From Chiloscyllium plagiosum (taxonomy: Eukaryota), in assembly GCF_004010195.1 (NCBI RefSeq), contig NC_057754.1, positions 2,004,306-2,068,305 of the forward strand: a DNA stretch of 64,000 bases, written 5' to 3'. Shown here piece after piece: positions 1 to 12,404 of the stretch. The notes beneath the pieces are model-generated. The model did no database searches. It worked only from the letters and a program-made list of their open reading frames with translations, and was not told where the DNA came from. The position numbers and the translations under genes were made by a program. Numbering within the stretch: position 1 is the stretch's first letter; the number at the start of each line of letters is the position of its first letter.

Positions 1-713
1 GCTTATTTTGAGAGTAGGTGGCAATTCTGCTGAGTTCAGTTCCTTTCTGAGGAGCACACAGTGTAATTTAAATAGCCAGCAATTAGCTGCTCACATTATT
101 TGAGCTGTGTCTGATCCTTTGCTGCTTCATGAGATTTGGCTGAAAGAAGCACAGTCTTCTGTAACTTGGCACCAATTGAGCTCTTGTTTTTTTCTTTCTC
201 TCAATGCCAGGCTCCCGTCAGGAGCCAAATAAAACAGAACGGCAGCCAAATCTGAGCATTGGGTGTGAAATCCAGCCGAGTGGCTCATTTTGCACATGGT
301 TTCACTGCATGCTCTTTGTTCTGAAATGCACAATGACCTGGTGAGTGCAGCAGAATTCAGTGCAGCCTGAAGAATTTGGAATTTCTGAATCACATTTGTT
401 CAGTTCATAACACAGAAACCACTACATTTTCAGCTTCGTTTTCTTGAAATGCTAAGGGTGAATTTATCAAAAGGTTCAGATTACATCAACCCTTATTCAA
501 TGCTGCATTGTTCATGTCATTTGCCCAGTCTGCCAGACATGCATTGAGCTGTGTGTATGCTTGTCAGTTTCCTTTCCTTTGTAAATTTTACTGCCAATTG
601 TAGTTAATATCTCCTGATATATCTCATGAAATTCAAAACCAATCCAGTTTTTAAATTTGAAGTTTGAGTGTGCAGGTGAATGCAAGTGGAGAGGGAGTGG
701 AATCATGGTCACA

Positions 714-1378
714 AAGTCATAGAGATATGCAGCACAGAAACAGACCTATTGGTCCAACTTGTCCATGCTGACCAGATGTCCTAAATAAATCTAGTCTTAT
801 TTGCTCGCATTTGACCCATTTCCCTCTCAACCCTTCCTACTCATATACCCATCCAGATGCCTTTTAAATGTTGTAACTGTACTGACCTCCATCACCTCCT
901 CTGGCAGCTTATTTTATACATGCATCACCTCCTGCGTAAAAAAAGTTGCCCCTTGGGACCCTTTTAAATCTTTCCCTTTCATTTTAAACCTTTAATTTTG
1001 GACTCCCCTACACTGGGTAAAAGTCCTTGTCTATTTACCCTATCCATGCCCCTCATGATTTTATAAAGCTCTATAAAGTCACCCCTCAGCCTTCAGGGCT
1101 AATAGCCTTAGCCTATTCAGCCTCTCCCTATAGCTCATACCCTCCAACCCTGGCAACATTCTTGTCAATCTGTTCTGAACCCTTGGAAGTTTCACAACAT
1201 CTTTCCTATAACAGGGAGATCAGAATTGCATGCAGAATTGCAATAGTGGCTTAACTAATGCACTGTACAGTCGCAGTATGACCTCCCAGGTTCTTTACTC
1301 CTTGCATTGCCCAGTAAAGGCAAGCATACCAAATGCCTACTTCACTATCCTATCCACCTGCGACTCCATTTTCAAGGA
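714..1378 (-). mobile_element. CR1 LINE, 5'-truncated 3' end
   Basis: Reverse complement carries the CR1 ORF2 C-terminus (SLKMESQVDRIVK...), the 3'UTR and the ctctatgact tail. Confidence 0.85.
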
Positions 1379-1760
1379 GGGATGGTGAGCTGGAGAAGTT
1401 AATTTGAAGGGATAAAGAAGGTAAAGAGAAGTGGGATGAGAGAAATAGGAGTGGTGGTCAAGATGGAATGTCATCCGGGAGAAGCAAGCAAGTGGAGATG
1501 ATGATAGAGGTAGTATAGAGGGCAGGTAGGCAGCAGATAGATAACAGAGGAAGGGAATGCAAACAGACATAATTTAGATCAGTGAGCGAGCCATTGAAGG
1601 AAGTCTGGGATGGCAATAAAATGGAATTATTGTGACGGTTAAAGCAAAGTATGATAGGAAGAGCCTGCAAAGAACCATCTGCAGCTAGTGGGGATGTGGG
1701 GTGTTGAGAGTTAGAGTGAAGTGTGGAAAGTAGATTAAGCAGGAAGGATGAAGCTATTAA
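1379..1760 (-). mobile_element. Possible highly decayed LINE endonuclease-region fragment
   Basis: Minus-strand YLSAAYLPS and FNRHNNS resemble APE motifs (YRPP, DFNxH) only weakly. Confidence 0.3.
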
Positions 1761-2188
1761 CATGGAAGGTTTGAGTAATAAAGAAAGGCTGGATAAGCTG
1801 GGATATTTTTCACTGGAGTGTAGGAGGTTGAGATATGATCTTACAGATGTTTATAAAATAATGAGGGGTACAAAAAGTGTTAATGGGAGTAGTCTTTTCC
1901 CTAGGATGGGGGATTCCAAGACTAGGGGTCACATTTTTAAGATGAGTAGAGAGAGATTTTAAAAAGATCTGAGGGGCACATTTTTAACACAGAGGGTGGT
2001 TTGTGTGTGGATTTAACTTCCTGAGGGAGTGGTGGTTGCACGTACAATTATGACATTTAAAAGACATTTGGATAAATACATAAATAGGAAAGGATATGGG
2101 CCAGGCGCAGGAAGGTGGAATTAGTTTAGTTTGGGATTATGGTCAGCATGGACTGGTTGGACCGAAGGATCTGTTTCTGTGCTATATG
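1761..2188 (+). mobile_element. CR1 LINE 3' end
   Basis: MEGLSNKERLDKLGYFSLECRRLRYDLTDVYKIMRG...SKTRGH, followed by the CR1 3'UTR. Confidence 0.9.
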
Positions 2189-2265
2189 AGGGGTAGTGTT
2201 TCGGGTTGTGCCAAATATTATTCAGTGATGGGATGTGGGAGTCATTGGTCAGGTTGATATCTGTT

Positions 2266-2388
2266 AGGAGAAAGTGTGGACTGCAGATGCTGGAGATCAG
2301 AGTCAAAAGATTTGGCGCAGGAAAAGCACAGGCACTCAGGCAGCATCTGAGCAGCAGGAGAGTTGACATTTCAAGCATAAGCTCTTCT
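2266..2388 (-). mobile_element. Penelope-derived short element (family A), degenerate hammerhead end
   Basis: aggagaaagtgtggactgcagatgctggagatcagagtc... is homologous to the copies at 50968 and 63263. Confidence 0.75.
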
Positions 2389-2615
2389 GGCATTTGTTGT
2401 CCATCACATAATTGTCATCGGCCAGAGTGGCTTGCCAGACCACTTCAGAGTCAACAATATTGCTATGGGTCTTGAGTTATGTAGGGCACAATGGGTAAAG
2501 ACAGAAGATTTCCCTCCCCTCGGGACTTCATTGAGCCATATTGGTTTTTGGAACAATCAACGATAGTCATTATGGTCACCATTACTGAAACCAGCCTTGA
2601 ATTCCAGATATTCTT
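2389..2615 (-). mobile_element. tRNA-derived SINE family B fragment
   Basis: Homologous to 58405-58740 and to the reverse complement of 52408-52775. Confidence 0.6.
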
Positions 2616-3170
2616 AGAATCAAGTTAACAGAAAACACTGACCTGGTCCTGTACTTAACAATAAGTGCTATTTATTTCAAATAAGGACATTCTAATCACA
2701 AGTAAACAGCTATGAACTATCAACATCTGGCTCTACTAGTTAAAATTCTAGTGCACCTTTTAAAAGCCCTACATGCATATACAGATAGACAGCGACAAAC
2801 AGAAAAACATTGGTTTTATGGCCGGAGAGAAAGAACTAGGAAACACAGTTCAATAGCACCAGCCAACAGGGTTTATTGTGATGTTCCTTTCAGTTTACCA
2901 TGATTTCCTGTTCTTCAAACTCCTTTCTCCAGGTTCTTTCACTACTTCACAGCAAGCACAGGGTGACTGGTACATTAACTATCAAGTCTTCCCTTGTTAA
3001 AGGCAGCAGTTTCAAGCAACCTGGTAGAAGAAAATAACTGGTTTTCTTCAGACTTCCATAATGAATGGAACAAGGTCGGTCAGGTGGACCTCATAGAATG
3101 AGTTCCCTGATAAATGCTGTTAACCCTGACCAATCAGGGAGCCCTGGCTGACAGATATACATCGGAGTGT

Positions 3171-3777
3171 TACCGTGCGGTGGAGATCCCCAGTGGAGGG
3201 CTCTCTATGCGGGGGTCCTCCCCCTTTCGGGGATCTGGGGTGGAGGGTGTTGCACACAGCAGTCCCCTGCAACCGCACATTGCGGTGGTTCACGGACTCG
3301 CAGCCCAACTGCTTGTTCTGTGGCGCTGTGGAGTCTGTGGACCATGTATATATTGGGTGTGGGCATTTGCACTCCCTTTTCGATTTCCTTAAAAACCTTC
3401 TCTGTTTTTGGTTGCACTTCAGTCCCATGCTCCTGATCTTCGGGCACCCGGTACGGAGGAGGGAGGGCAGGTCTGAAGACCTCCTCGTGGGTCTGCTCCT
3501 GGACCTGGCCAAACTGGCTATAAACAGGTCCAGGCAGCGGGCCATGGAGGGGGTCGTTAGGGCTGACTGTCTGCCCATCTTCCGCAGTTACGTTACACTG
3601 GCCACCCGGGTGTTTTCCTATCTTCCTGGTGGTGGAAATTGAATAAAAGATTTGTGCACCTTGTGTCTCTCACTGTGTCTCACACCTGCACACACACACC
3701 ATGGGTGCTGGGGAAAATATAAGCACTACCGCAGTTAGGCGGTAGTGTGGGGGTTAATAAAAAAAAAGAAAGAAAAA
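3171..3777 (+). mobile_element. Tx1-clade LINE 3' end, copy 1 (internally deleted)
   Basis: ORF2 C-terminus DLGWRVLHTAVPCNRTL...CLFCGAVESVDHVYIGC (CCHC) ...LAKLAINRSR, then 3'UTR and poly(A). Confidence 0.9.
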
Positions 3778-3791
3778 ATACACCAGAGTGT

Positions 3792-4559
3792 TACCGGGCG
3801 GTGGGGATCCCCAGTGGAGGGCTCTCTACGTGGGGGTCCTCCCCTTTTCTCTCGGGGATCTGGGGTGGAGGTTGCTGCACACAGCAGTCCCCTGCAACCG
3901 CACATTGCGGTGGTTCACGGACTCGCAGCCCAACTGCTTGTTCTGTGGTGCTGTGGAGTCTGTGGACCATGTATATATTGGGTGTGGGCATTTGCACTCC
4001 CTTTTTGATTTCCTTAAAAACCACCTCCTCTGCTTTTGGCTGCACTTCAGTCCCATGCTCCTGATCTTCGGGCACCCGGTACGGAGGAGGGAGGGCAGGT
4101 CTGAAGACCTCCTCGTGGGTCTGCTCCTGGACCTGGCCAAACTGGCTATAAACAGGTCCAGGCAGCGGGCCATGGAGGGGGTCGTTAGGGCTGACTGTCT
4201 GCCCATCTTCCGCAGTTACGTTAGAGCCTGGGTCTCCCTGGAGAAGGAGCATGCGGTGTCCACCAACACCCTAAATTGTTCAGGGAGAGGTGGGCGCCGC
4301 AGGGCGTGGAGTACATTATTTCCCCCTCCAACCCTATTTTGATTTAATCCCTGCCCTCTCTTTCACTGTTTGATCACACAGCATTGCCCTTTGATGTGAA
4401 GGGCAGTGCTTGTCACTGGCCACTTAAGTGTTTCCTTTATTCAAATTTCCACCACCAGGAAGCAAGATTCGTGCACATTGTGCCTTTCACTGTGTCTCAC
4501 ACCTGCACACACCCAACATGGGTGCTGGGGAAAGAAAAAAAACGAAAAAAAAAGACAAA
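3792..4559 (+). mobile_element. Tx1-clade LINE 3' end, copy 2
   Basis: Same ORF2 C-terminus (ORF 3788-4342) and an A-rich tail. Confidence 0.9.
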
Positions 4560-4573
4560 ATAAATCGAAGTGT

Positions 4574-4865
4574 TTTCCCCCTCCAACTCTATTTTGATTT
4601 AATCCCTGCCCTCTCTTTCACTGTTTGATCATGCAGTATTGCCCTTTGATGTGAAGGACACTGCTTGTCGCTGGCCATTTGGGTGTTTCTTTTCTTCCTG
4701 GTGCTGGAAACTGAATAAAGATTCATGCACCTTATGTCTTTCACTGTATCCTACACCTGCACACACATAACATGGGTGCTGGGGAATAAATAAGCACTAC
4801 CACAGTTAGGCTGTAGTGTGGGGGTAATAAAAAAGGAATGTCAGAGGGAAAAAAAAGGCATTAAA
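4574..4865 (+). mobile_element. Tx1-clade LINE 3'UTR, copy 3
   Basis: Repeats the 3'UTR seen from about 4319 onward, including a cactac...gtagtg hairpin (as in copy 1) and poly(A). Confidence 0.85.
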
Positions 4866-5943
4866 AAAATCAAGAGTGTCAGAGGTTCTGCTCACTCCAG
4901 GAGCTGGCTCTGAGGAAGCTGCACCAGTATCAAGTACCATGCATGTGTAAGTAAAGAGTGACTTAGTGATAGGATACCAGTCTCTGTGCAGCTATTTCAG
5001 CTTCAGGTATTTTAACTGCAGAGAGAGTCAAACACACGCACACGTCATAAGGCTGATGACCATTGGCATGCATGACTTGTCATAACTCTACGAGACAATC
5101 AGCGACCTGTTGCCAGTTAAACAGCACTCTGCACAGCCCCTTGTGACAAACAGGTACCCCCTCTGCTTGAACAAAACAGTAGCATGAACACCGTATGCCA
5201 CGAGTTCTAGTAACTCATTTTTAAAAACACAGTAATTCTTTCCGCAGTTCTTGGTTTTAGTTCAGAATCAAAAATTCAAAAAATTAAGTAATACAGTCAT
5301 GGCACCAGTTTCCCAATTAGTGAACTCACTGTGCCCTCCACTGAATTTGCCAAAGTTTCAATGTGAGCAGCACCGGAAAAAAAAGCAAGAGTGTCAATAG
5401 TTTTTTAAAAAGAAAACATTGATTGTAACAGCCCCATCACTTTTGCAGCAATCCTGGACCTTTTCAAAGAAATTAAGGTACTGGGGGAGAGAGATCTAGT
5501 AAATGACAGCAAATTGGCTGAAGGAGTAGATATTGTAAAGTGGAACAGCAAATTAGAATGGAGGATAGTTTTGAAGATAAAAGAAGTGATGGCATTTTGC
5601 AAGTTCTGTGGACGTCGAAATTTAATTTTTTGTTTCACATTTTAAAAAAATTATTCTAAATGGGGTTTTATTTTGCAATTTAAGAATTTAGCAGTGCAAA
5701 ATGTTAATGTTTTGTTTCTAAAACAAATTTTCAGCTCAAAAAAGAATTTATAAATAAGGAACAATGAATCTATAGGTTGATTTCAGAATAGTTCAGAACT
5801 TACTATTTCATGATAGAACTGAGTGGAGTTTGGGGATGTTTTCTAATTTCAATTTATTCAGATGTTTGCTGCTATCCGTAGTTGCAGGTTCAGACCTTAT
5901 GTGGCTTACAGTTCACCAAAAGAAGATAACCAAAGTATTTCAT

Positions 5944-6125
5944 TGAAATAACTCTGTGGAGACTGGTATCCCATCACCAGGTCACCCTTATGTACACACG
6001 AACAGTCCTTGTTATAATACTGGATCATACAGAGTCAGGCTCCAGAGTGTCAGTATCCCTGAAACTCAATCTTTTTATGTCAGCCTGGACTCACTGATTG
6101 GACCAGATTAATAGCCTCAATCAGG
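5944..6125 (-). mobile_element. LTR fragment, same family as 3057-4999
   Basis: tgaaataactctgtggagactggtatc is the reverse-complement homologue of gataccagtctctgtgcagctatttca. Confidence 0.65.
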
Positions 6126-6401
6126 CAACACACAATCACTACAATTATCATGAGATAGACTGCAACTCTTTTAAACAGAAAGGAAAGTCCCCTCAACACT
6201 GGCCCCATCAAACAATCCTGGAAGAGTAAAATTCCCTCTACTCTGAGATGGGAAGTGAGCGGAGAGTAATGTTCCCTTAATGCCCCCAACCAACATTTCT
6301 GGGACAGGGGAAGCTCAGGCATGAATACAGAGTAAAGCTCTCTCTCTACCCCTTGAGCTAATAATAATCTGGAAGATAATTTCCCTTGACTCTTTTGAAC
6401 T

Positions 6402-6901
6402 NNNNNNNNNNNNNNNNNNNNNNNNNNNNNNNNNNNNNNNNNNNNNNNNNNNNNNNNNNNNNNNNNNNNNNNNNNNNNNNNNNNNNNNNNNNNNNNNNNN
6501 NNNNNNNNNNNNNNNNNNNNNNNNNNNNNNNNNNNNNNNNNNNNNNNNNNNNNNNNNNNNNNNNNNNNNNNNNNNNNNNNNNNNNNNNNNNNNNNNNNNN
6601 NNNNNNNNNNNNNNNNNNNNNNNNNNNNNNNNNNNNNNNNNNNNNNNNNNNNNNNNNNNNNNNNNNNNNNNNNNNNNNNNNNNNNNNNNNNNNNNNNNNN
6701 NNNNNNNNNNNNNNNNNNNNNNNNNNNNNNNNNNNNNNNNNNNNNNNNNNNNNNNNNNNNNNNNNNNNNNNNNNNNNNNNNNNNNNNNNNNNNNNNNNNN
6801 NNNNNNNNNNNNNNNNNNNNNNNNNNNNNNNNNNNNNNNNNNNNNNNNNNNNNNNNNNNNNNNNNNNNNNNNNNNNNNNNNNNNNNNNNNNNNNNNNNNN
6901 N
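6402..6901. other. Assembly gap (500 N)
   Basis: Run of N; a CR1 begins immediately after it. Confidence 1.
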
Positions 6902-8235
6902 TTGAAATGCATAAAAGTGGATAAATCCCCAGGACCTGATCAGATGGACCCTAGAACTCTGTGGGAAGATAGGGAAGTGATTGCTGGGCCCCTTGCTGAG
7001 ATATTTGTACCATCGTTAGTCACAGGTGAGGTTCCGGAAGACTGGAGGTTGGCTAATGTGGTGCCACTATTTAAGAAAAGTAGTAAGCACAAGCCAGGGA
7101 ACTACAGACCGTTGAGCTTGTCATCAGTGGTGGGCAAGTTGTTGAAGGGAATGTACATGTATTTGGAAAGGCAAGCACCGATTAGGGATAGTCAACATGG
7201 CTTTGTGCGTGGGAAATCATGTCTCACAAAATTGATTGAGTTTTTTGAAAAAGTAACAAAGAGGATTGATGAGGGCAGAGTGGTGGACATAATCTATATG
7301 GACTTCAGTAAGGTTTCCCACGGGAGACTGGTTAGCAAGGTTAGATTTCATGGAACGCAGGGAGAAGTAGCCATTTGGATATAGAACTGGTTCGAAGGTA
7401 GAAGACAGAGGGTAGTAGTGAAGGGTTTTTTTCAGACTGGAGGCCTATGACCAGTGGAGTGCCACAAGGATCGCTGCTGGGTCCAGTACTTTTCATCATT
7501 TATATAAATGATTTGGATGTGAACATATGACATATAGTTGGTAAGTTTGCAGATGATATCAAAATTGGAGGTGTAGTAGACAGTGAAAAAGGTTACCTCA
7601 GATTACAATGGGATCTTGATCAGATGGGCCAATGGGTTGAAGAGTGGCAGATAGAGTTTAATTTAGATAAATGCGAAGTGATGGATTTTGGGAAAGCAAA
7701 TCTTAGCAGGACTTATACAATTAATGATAAGGTCCTCGAGAGTATTGCTGAACAAAGAGACCTTGGAGTGCAGGTTCGTAGCTCCTTGAATGTAGAGTCA
7801 CAGGTAAATAGGACAGTAAAGAAGGCATTTGGTATGCTTTCCTTTATTGGTCAGAGCATTGAGTACAGGAGTTGGGAGGTCATGTTGCGGCTGTACAGGA
7901 CATTGGTTAGGCCACTGTTGGAGTATTGTATGAAGTTCTGGTCTTCTTCCTATTGAAAAAATGTTGTGAAACTTGAAAGCGGTCTAAGGGACACCTTTTC
8001 CACGCAGAGGGTGGTGCGTATATGGAGTGAGCTGCCAGAGGAAGTGTTGGAGGCTGGTACAATTGCAACATTCAAAAGGCATCCGGCTATGTATATGAAT
8101 AGGAAGGGTTTGGAGGGATGTAGGTTGGGTGCTGGCAAGTGGGACTACATTAGGTTGGGATATCTGGTCGGCATGAACGAGTCAGACTGAAGACACGGTT
8201 TCCATGCTGTACAGCTCTATGACGCTATGACTCTC
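6902..8235 (+). mobile_element. CR1 LINE, RT region to 3' end, with internal deletion near 7978
   Basis: KSPGPD, PEDWRLANVVPLFKK, QHGF, YMDFSK, KFADD; tail ctatgactct. Confidence 0.95.
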
Positions 8236-8317
8236 TAATTGGCCCAGGTTAATGGCTCCAATCAGGGATCTCATACTCAATGTGATCTACCTGGCCAACC
8301 TTGTTCCAGTCACTACA
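8236..8317 (-). mobile_element. LTR fragment (5' end), same family as 3057-4999
   Basis: Reverse complement tgtagtgactggaacaaggttggccaggtagatc matches 3057-3100. Confidence 0.6.
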
Positions 8318-8870
8318 GGCTGTAAATGGGAGCCTTCGATGTGAATGTGTTTCCTCCAGGTTACAAAACTACAGATGGTCTGGCACTTGGTGAAGTGATT
8401 GAAACTGCAGTTGTGCAGAACCGCTGCATGCAGCACTCTCCACCCAGGTCCCCTGTGGAAAAGGGGAGGATCCCTTTGGAGAGGGCCCCTCACACCTGGA
8501 ATCTCCATCACTGGAGGGCAAGAGTGCAGAAATGGAGAGTGTGCAGCAGCCAGGACAGGAATTGTCTCTGTGCCATCTGAAAAGGCATGGGAAGCATCTC
8601 CCCGAGATGGCCCAGATTGTGGAGCGCTGTGTCACAGAGAAGGATCCGCCATGCAGGGCCAATGTTGTGTTCTGGACAGGCAGGGGTCAGTTTGTCCAGA
8701 AGCCCACTGCGTGTCTGAGCCACCTCAATCTTGCAATGAGATGTCAGGGCAGAGCACTTCATTCCTCATGATCTGGAAAGCTGGGGTCGTGTGAACTAGA
8801 TGCTGACTGATGTCCTTGTGGCCAACTGCACCAGCATCATCCAGTCTGCTCCTCTGCCATCCCCTACTTG
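8318..8870 (-). mobile_element. Older Tx1-clade LINE fragment
   Basis: RGPGWRVLHAAVLHNCSFNHFTKCQTICSF is homologous to the Tx1 C-terminus at 3171-4342. Confidence 0.7.
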
Positions 8871-9477
8871 TGTAGACCCGCACAGAGCAAAGAACTTATT
8901 ATTTATTAATGGCATCTGAGTGAAGTTTAATCTCAGTTCGAATATTTGTGAAGAAGATGGAAGATTGCCCAGTTTGAAACAAGTGGAAGAATGGTCCCTA
9001 TGGAATTTTTTTACAAGGAAAGCAACAAGTAAATGCGCATAGAAATATTGAAAATTAATCAGAACAACTGACTGAGGCATCCACAATCAAGAGATGGGAA
9101 ATTAACATTCTACATGTGAGAGTTGCTGCTCTTGAGAAGGATTATAGATAGATTCCAGAGGTCTGTGGCATAATTGAAGGTGGTCCCTACAGAAGTAAAT
9201 TACTTTAAGATTGATGTGGTTCTGAAAAAGGAATAAACCTGAAAGCATTAGATATGTTGTTGTAAAATGTATTAAGTTAATAGTACTTGTTAAGCTTTAT
9301 TTTAAAAACAATAAAGTTTGTTTTGTTTATAAGAAGCTGAAATCTTGTGGTGCAGTTCTATTCATTAGAGTGAAGTTTTCCAAAAGGGTACCAAACTGGT
9401 TCATGACAATCTGAATCAGCAGAATGATATAATGTGCTCTTTCTCTTTAATCTGACACTGAGAGATGTTCTGCATTT

Positions 9478-10715
9478 TTGTATTCACTTGTGGGACATGG
9501 GTGTCACTGGCTGGCCAGCATTTATTGCCCATCACTACTTGCCCTTGAGAACATGGTGGTGAGCTGTTTTCTTGATCCACTGTAGTCCATTTGCTCTAGG
9601 TTGACCCATAATGTCCTTGGAGATTTCCAGGATTTTGACCCAGTGACAGTGAGAAAACGGCAATATATTTCCAAGTAAGGATGGTGAATGCCTTGGAGGG
9701 GAACTTGCTATGTATCTGCTGCCCTTGTCCTTCTCAATGGAAGTGGTTATGGATTTAAAAGGTGGTGCCTAAGAATGGGTGGCACGGTGGCTCAGTAGTT
9801 AGCACCGCTGTCCCAGAGCGTCAGGAACCCGGGTTCAATTCCAGCCTTGGGTGGCTCTCTGTGTGGAGTTTGCATGTTCACCCAGTATCAGACTGGGTTT
9901 CCTCTGGGTGTTCTGGTTTTCTCCTGCAGCCTAAAGATGTGCAGATTAGGTGGATTGGCCATGCTAAATTGCCCATGGTGTTCAAGGATGTAAGTTAGGT
10001 GGATTAGCCATGGTAAATTCAGGATTTTGGAATACAATGGGGGCATGGGTCCAGGTGGGATGCTCTTTGGAGGAGTTGCTTTGACTTGATGGGCTGAATG
10101 GCCCCCTTCCATACTGAAGGGTTCTATGACCTCTGGTGAATTCCTGCAGTGCACCTTGCAAATGGCACAAAATGCTGCTACTGAGTGTCAGTGTTGGAGG
10201 GAGTGGGTGTTTGTCGATATGCTGCCAAACAAGTGGACTACTTTGTCCTGAATGGCATTAAGCTTCTTGAGTGTCGCCATCCATTCCCGTGTTGTGCCTT
10301 GTAGATGGTGAACAGGCTTTAGGGAGTAGGGATTACTTGCTACAGTATTCCTAGCCTCTGAACTGCTTTTGGAGCCACTGTTAATGTGGTGATTCCAGTT
10401 GAGTTTCTGGTCAATGATAACTCCCAAGGTGTTGTTAGTGGGAGATTCAGTGGTGGCCACATCAGTGAATGTCAAGTGACAGTGGTTAGATTATGATGGT
10501 TGTTGCCTGGCATTTGTCTGATGCAAATGTTACTTGTCACTTCTGATGTTATGATGGAGGGATAGTCATTGATGAAGCAGTTGAAGATGGTTGGACTTAA
10601 GACATTACTCTGAGGAACTCTGAGAGTCCTGGAGCTGAGGTGACTGACACCCAACAATCACAACCATCTTCCTATTTTTCAGGTATGACTCCAACCAGCG
10701 GAGAGTTTGAAGTAG
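9478..10715 (-). mobile_element. CR1-group LINE family B 3' portion, interrupted by an HE1 SINE
   Basis: ESPTNNTLGVIIDQKLNWNHHIN, VPQSNVLSPTIFNCFIND, WLESYL; the tail is shared with SINE family B. Confidence 0.85.
9778..10130 (+). mobile_element. HE1-type V-SINE
   Basis: tRNA head ggcacggtggctcagtagttagc (A box) and gggttcaattcc (B box), V-domain gggtttcctctgggtgttctggtttt, CR1-like tail. Confidence 0.9.
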
Positions 10716-10719
10716 TTGA

Positions 10720-11010
10720 TGATGTACTTTAGGAAACCAGCAGTCAATTTGCACATAGCAGGCTCCTGGAAACAAGCTTGTAATAATGATCTGATTTATT
10801 GATGTTGGTTGAGAAAGATAAATTTCACTGCAGGGTACCGTGAACTCCCATCCTGCTCTGACAAATGCAGAAAGCAAGAAATTTAAAAATATATCCACCT
10901 GAGAAATATGACAGGAGACTGGCTGTCTTAGTTTTTCTGTTGCAGCACCACCCTTTTGTTGATACTGTGGCCTTGTTATGTGAAGAGCATTTCTCTGGTA
11001 TTTGAACCAT
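10720..11010 (-). mobile_element. Deu-domain SINE (SacSINE1-like), old
   Basis: Homologous to the 61315-61760 copy. Confidence 0.55.
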
Positions 11011-11457
11011 GAACAGTCAATAGATTATATAGTTGGGATAATCTGGATAGAAAATGCAGTGACGCACAATGAATTGTGTGTAAGTGATAATTACAGTTAA
11101 GATTGGCCTTTGCATCAATTTGAAAGCATGAGGTCTGCTTTATCGCATATTAAAAGTCTACCGTGTAAAATGGTCAACTTGCCAGTGAGTCCTAATACAA
11201 CACTGTACGCGAAACCCCTGGGGGGTTTGGCATTTTTGTGTATGAAGTAGCCAAGCCAGTTTGAAATTGAATGAAAGGGTTTAATTTTAAATAAAAGCAG
11301 AATTATAAAAACTGGAGAAAACCAAATGGAAAAAGACTTATCTCAGTGGGTTAGCTCCAAGCTTTTACTGTCATGAGGGTTTAATTTTGAACAATCCATG
11401 TCTAATGTAAAATGATATGTGATGCTTTGAAAAGTTATTGCCTTATGTTTGTGATTT

Positions 11458-11662
11458 GAGTCAAAAAGTGTGGTCCTGGAAAAGCACAGTAGGTCAGGCA
11501 GTATCCGGGGAGCAGGAGAGTCAATGTTACGAGCATAAGCTCTTCATCAGGAATGCTTATGCTCAAAACATCGTTTCTCCTGCTTCTCGGATGTTGCCTG
11601 ACCTTTTACAGCATCACACCTTTTGACTCTGACTCTCCAGCATTGCAGTCCTCACTTGCTCC
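11458..11662. mobile_element. Penelope-derived palindromic element (family A)
   Basis: Inverted arms around cttcatcaggaatgcttatgctc; minus-strand CTGATGA-AGAGC-TTAT-GCTC-GTAA core. Confidence 0.8.
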
Positions 11663-11899
11663 TTATGTTTGTGGTTGGATAAATCAAAGATTGGATTGCA
11701 TGTGAACAGGCTCTCATGGGGGGAAGGTGCTTTTATACCTTTTCATTTATATTCCAGGAACATTGTTGAGGCTGTTTTCCCCAGCTTGGCAGCAGACCGA
11801 TCTAACCAAGTAAAGCAAGCTCTATGTATCTTCTACTGGGTTATAGCAAAGGCACCAAAAAGCTGGCATTGCCTCGAAACATGGATCCCTGGAACTCTG

Positions 11900-12260
11900 C
11901 CAAAGTAACTCCTCCAGCACCATTCACGAGTTGGAACCATCCCACAGTGGCTTCACAGCCAATGAAGTGTAGCCATTGTTGTAACGTTGGAAATGTGGTA
12001 GCCAATTGTACATAGCATGCTTCCACAAATAGCACTGTAATAGCAACCAGTCATTGCTTTTGGTGGTATCAAAACAAAATGGTGCAGGTGCTGGAAATCT
12101 AAAATATAAACAGAAAACACTGCACGACCAGTAGCTTTTGTGGAAGGATAAACAAGAGTTCATGATTTGGATCTGTGATATTGGTTGAGGGATACATATT
12201 GGCTGGGATACTGGGGAGATCTCCCCTGCTCTTGGCTGCAAGCCAAGTGAATTCAGCATC
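11900..12260 (-). mobile_element. Deu-domain SINE, with a short Penelope-like insert near 12070-12160
   Basis: cttcacagccaatgaagtg...gtagccaattg...ttggttgagggatacatattggctgggatactggggag matches the Deu domain. Confidence 0.65.
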
Positions 12261-12404
12261 ATTTTCTTAACAGCCGTGTTTTTGATCAAATTTAGTGGGC
12301 CATAAATATCAAGAAATTTATATTTGAATCAGTTTGTAGAATTCATGTAATCTTCAAAGAAAATGTATGGCCTTTTTAAAGAATCAGTTTGCTACAAATT
12401 AGGA

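Larger units (their letters stand above)
3057..4999 (+). mobile_element. Solo LTR (3057-3170 plus 4866-4999) split by a Tx1 tandem array
   Basis: Ends in ...tatttCA at 4999. The start aligns with tgtagtgactggaac of the minus-strand copy ending at 8317. The 5-bp TSD is acttc/gcttc. Homologous to 5944-6125. Confidence 0.7.

Noticed and set aside
6358..7384. Long ORFs spanning 6358-7384 and 26369-27058
   Set aside because: These are artefacts of translating through N gaps; the real sequence in them is mostly CR1 or other repeat.
9778..9850. tRNA genes at SINE heads
   Set aside because: The A/B boxes run into V-domain or other SINE cores, with no full cloverleaf evident.
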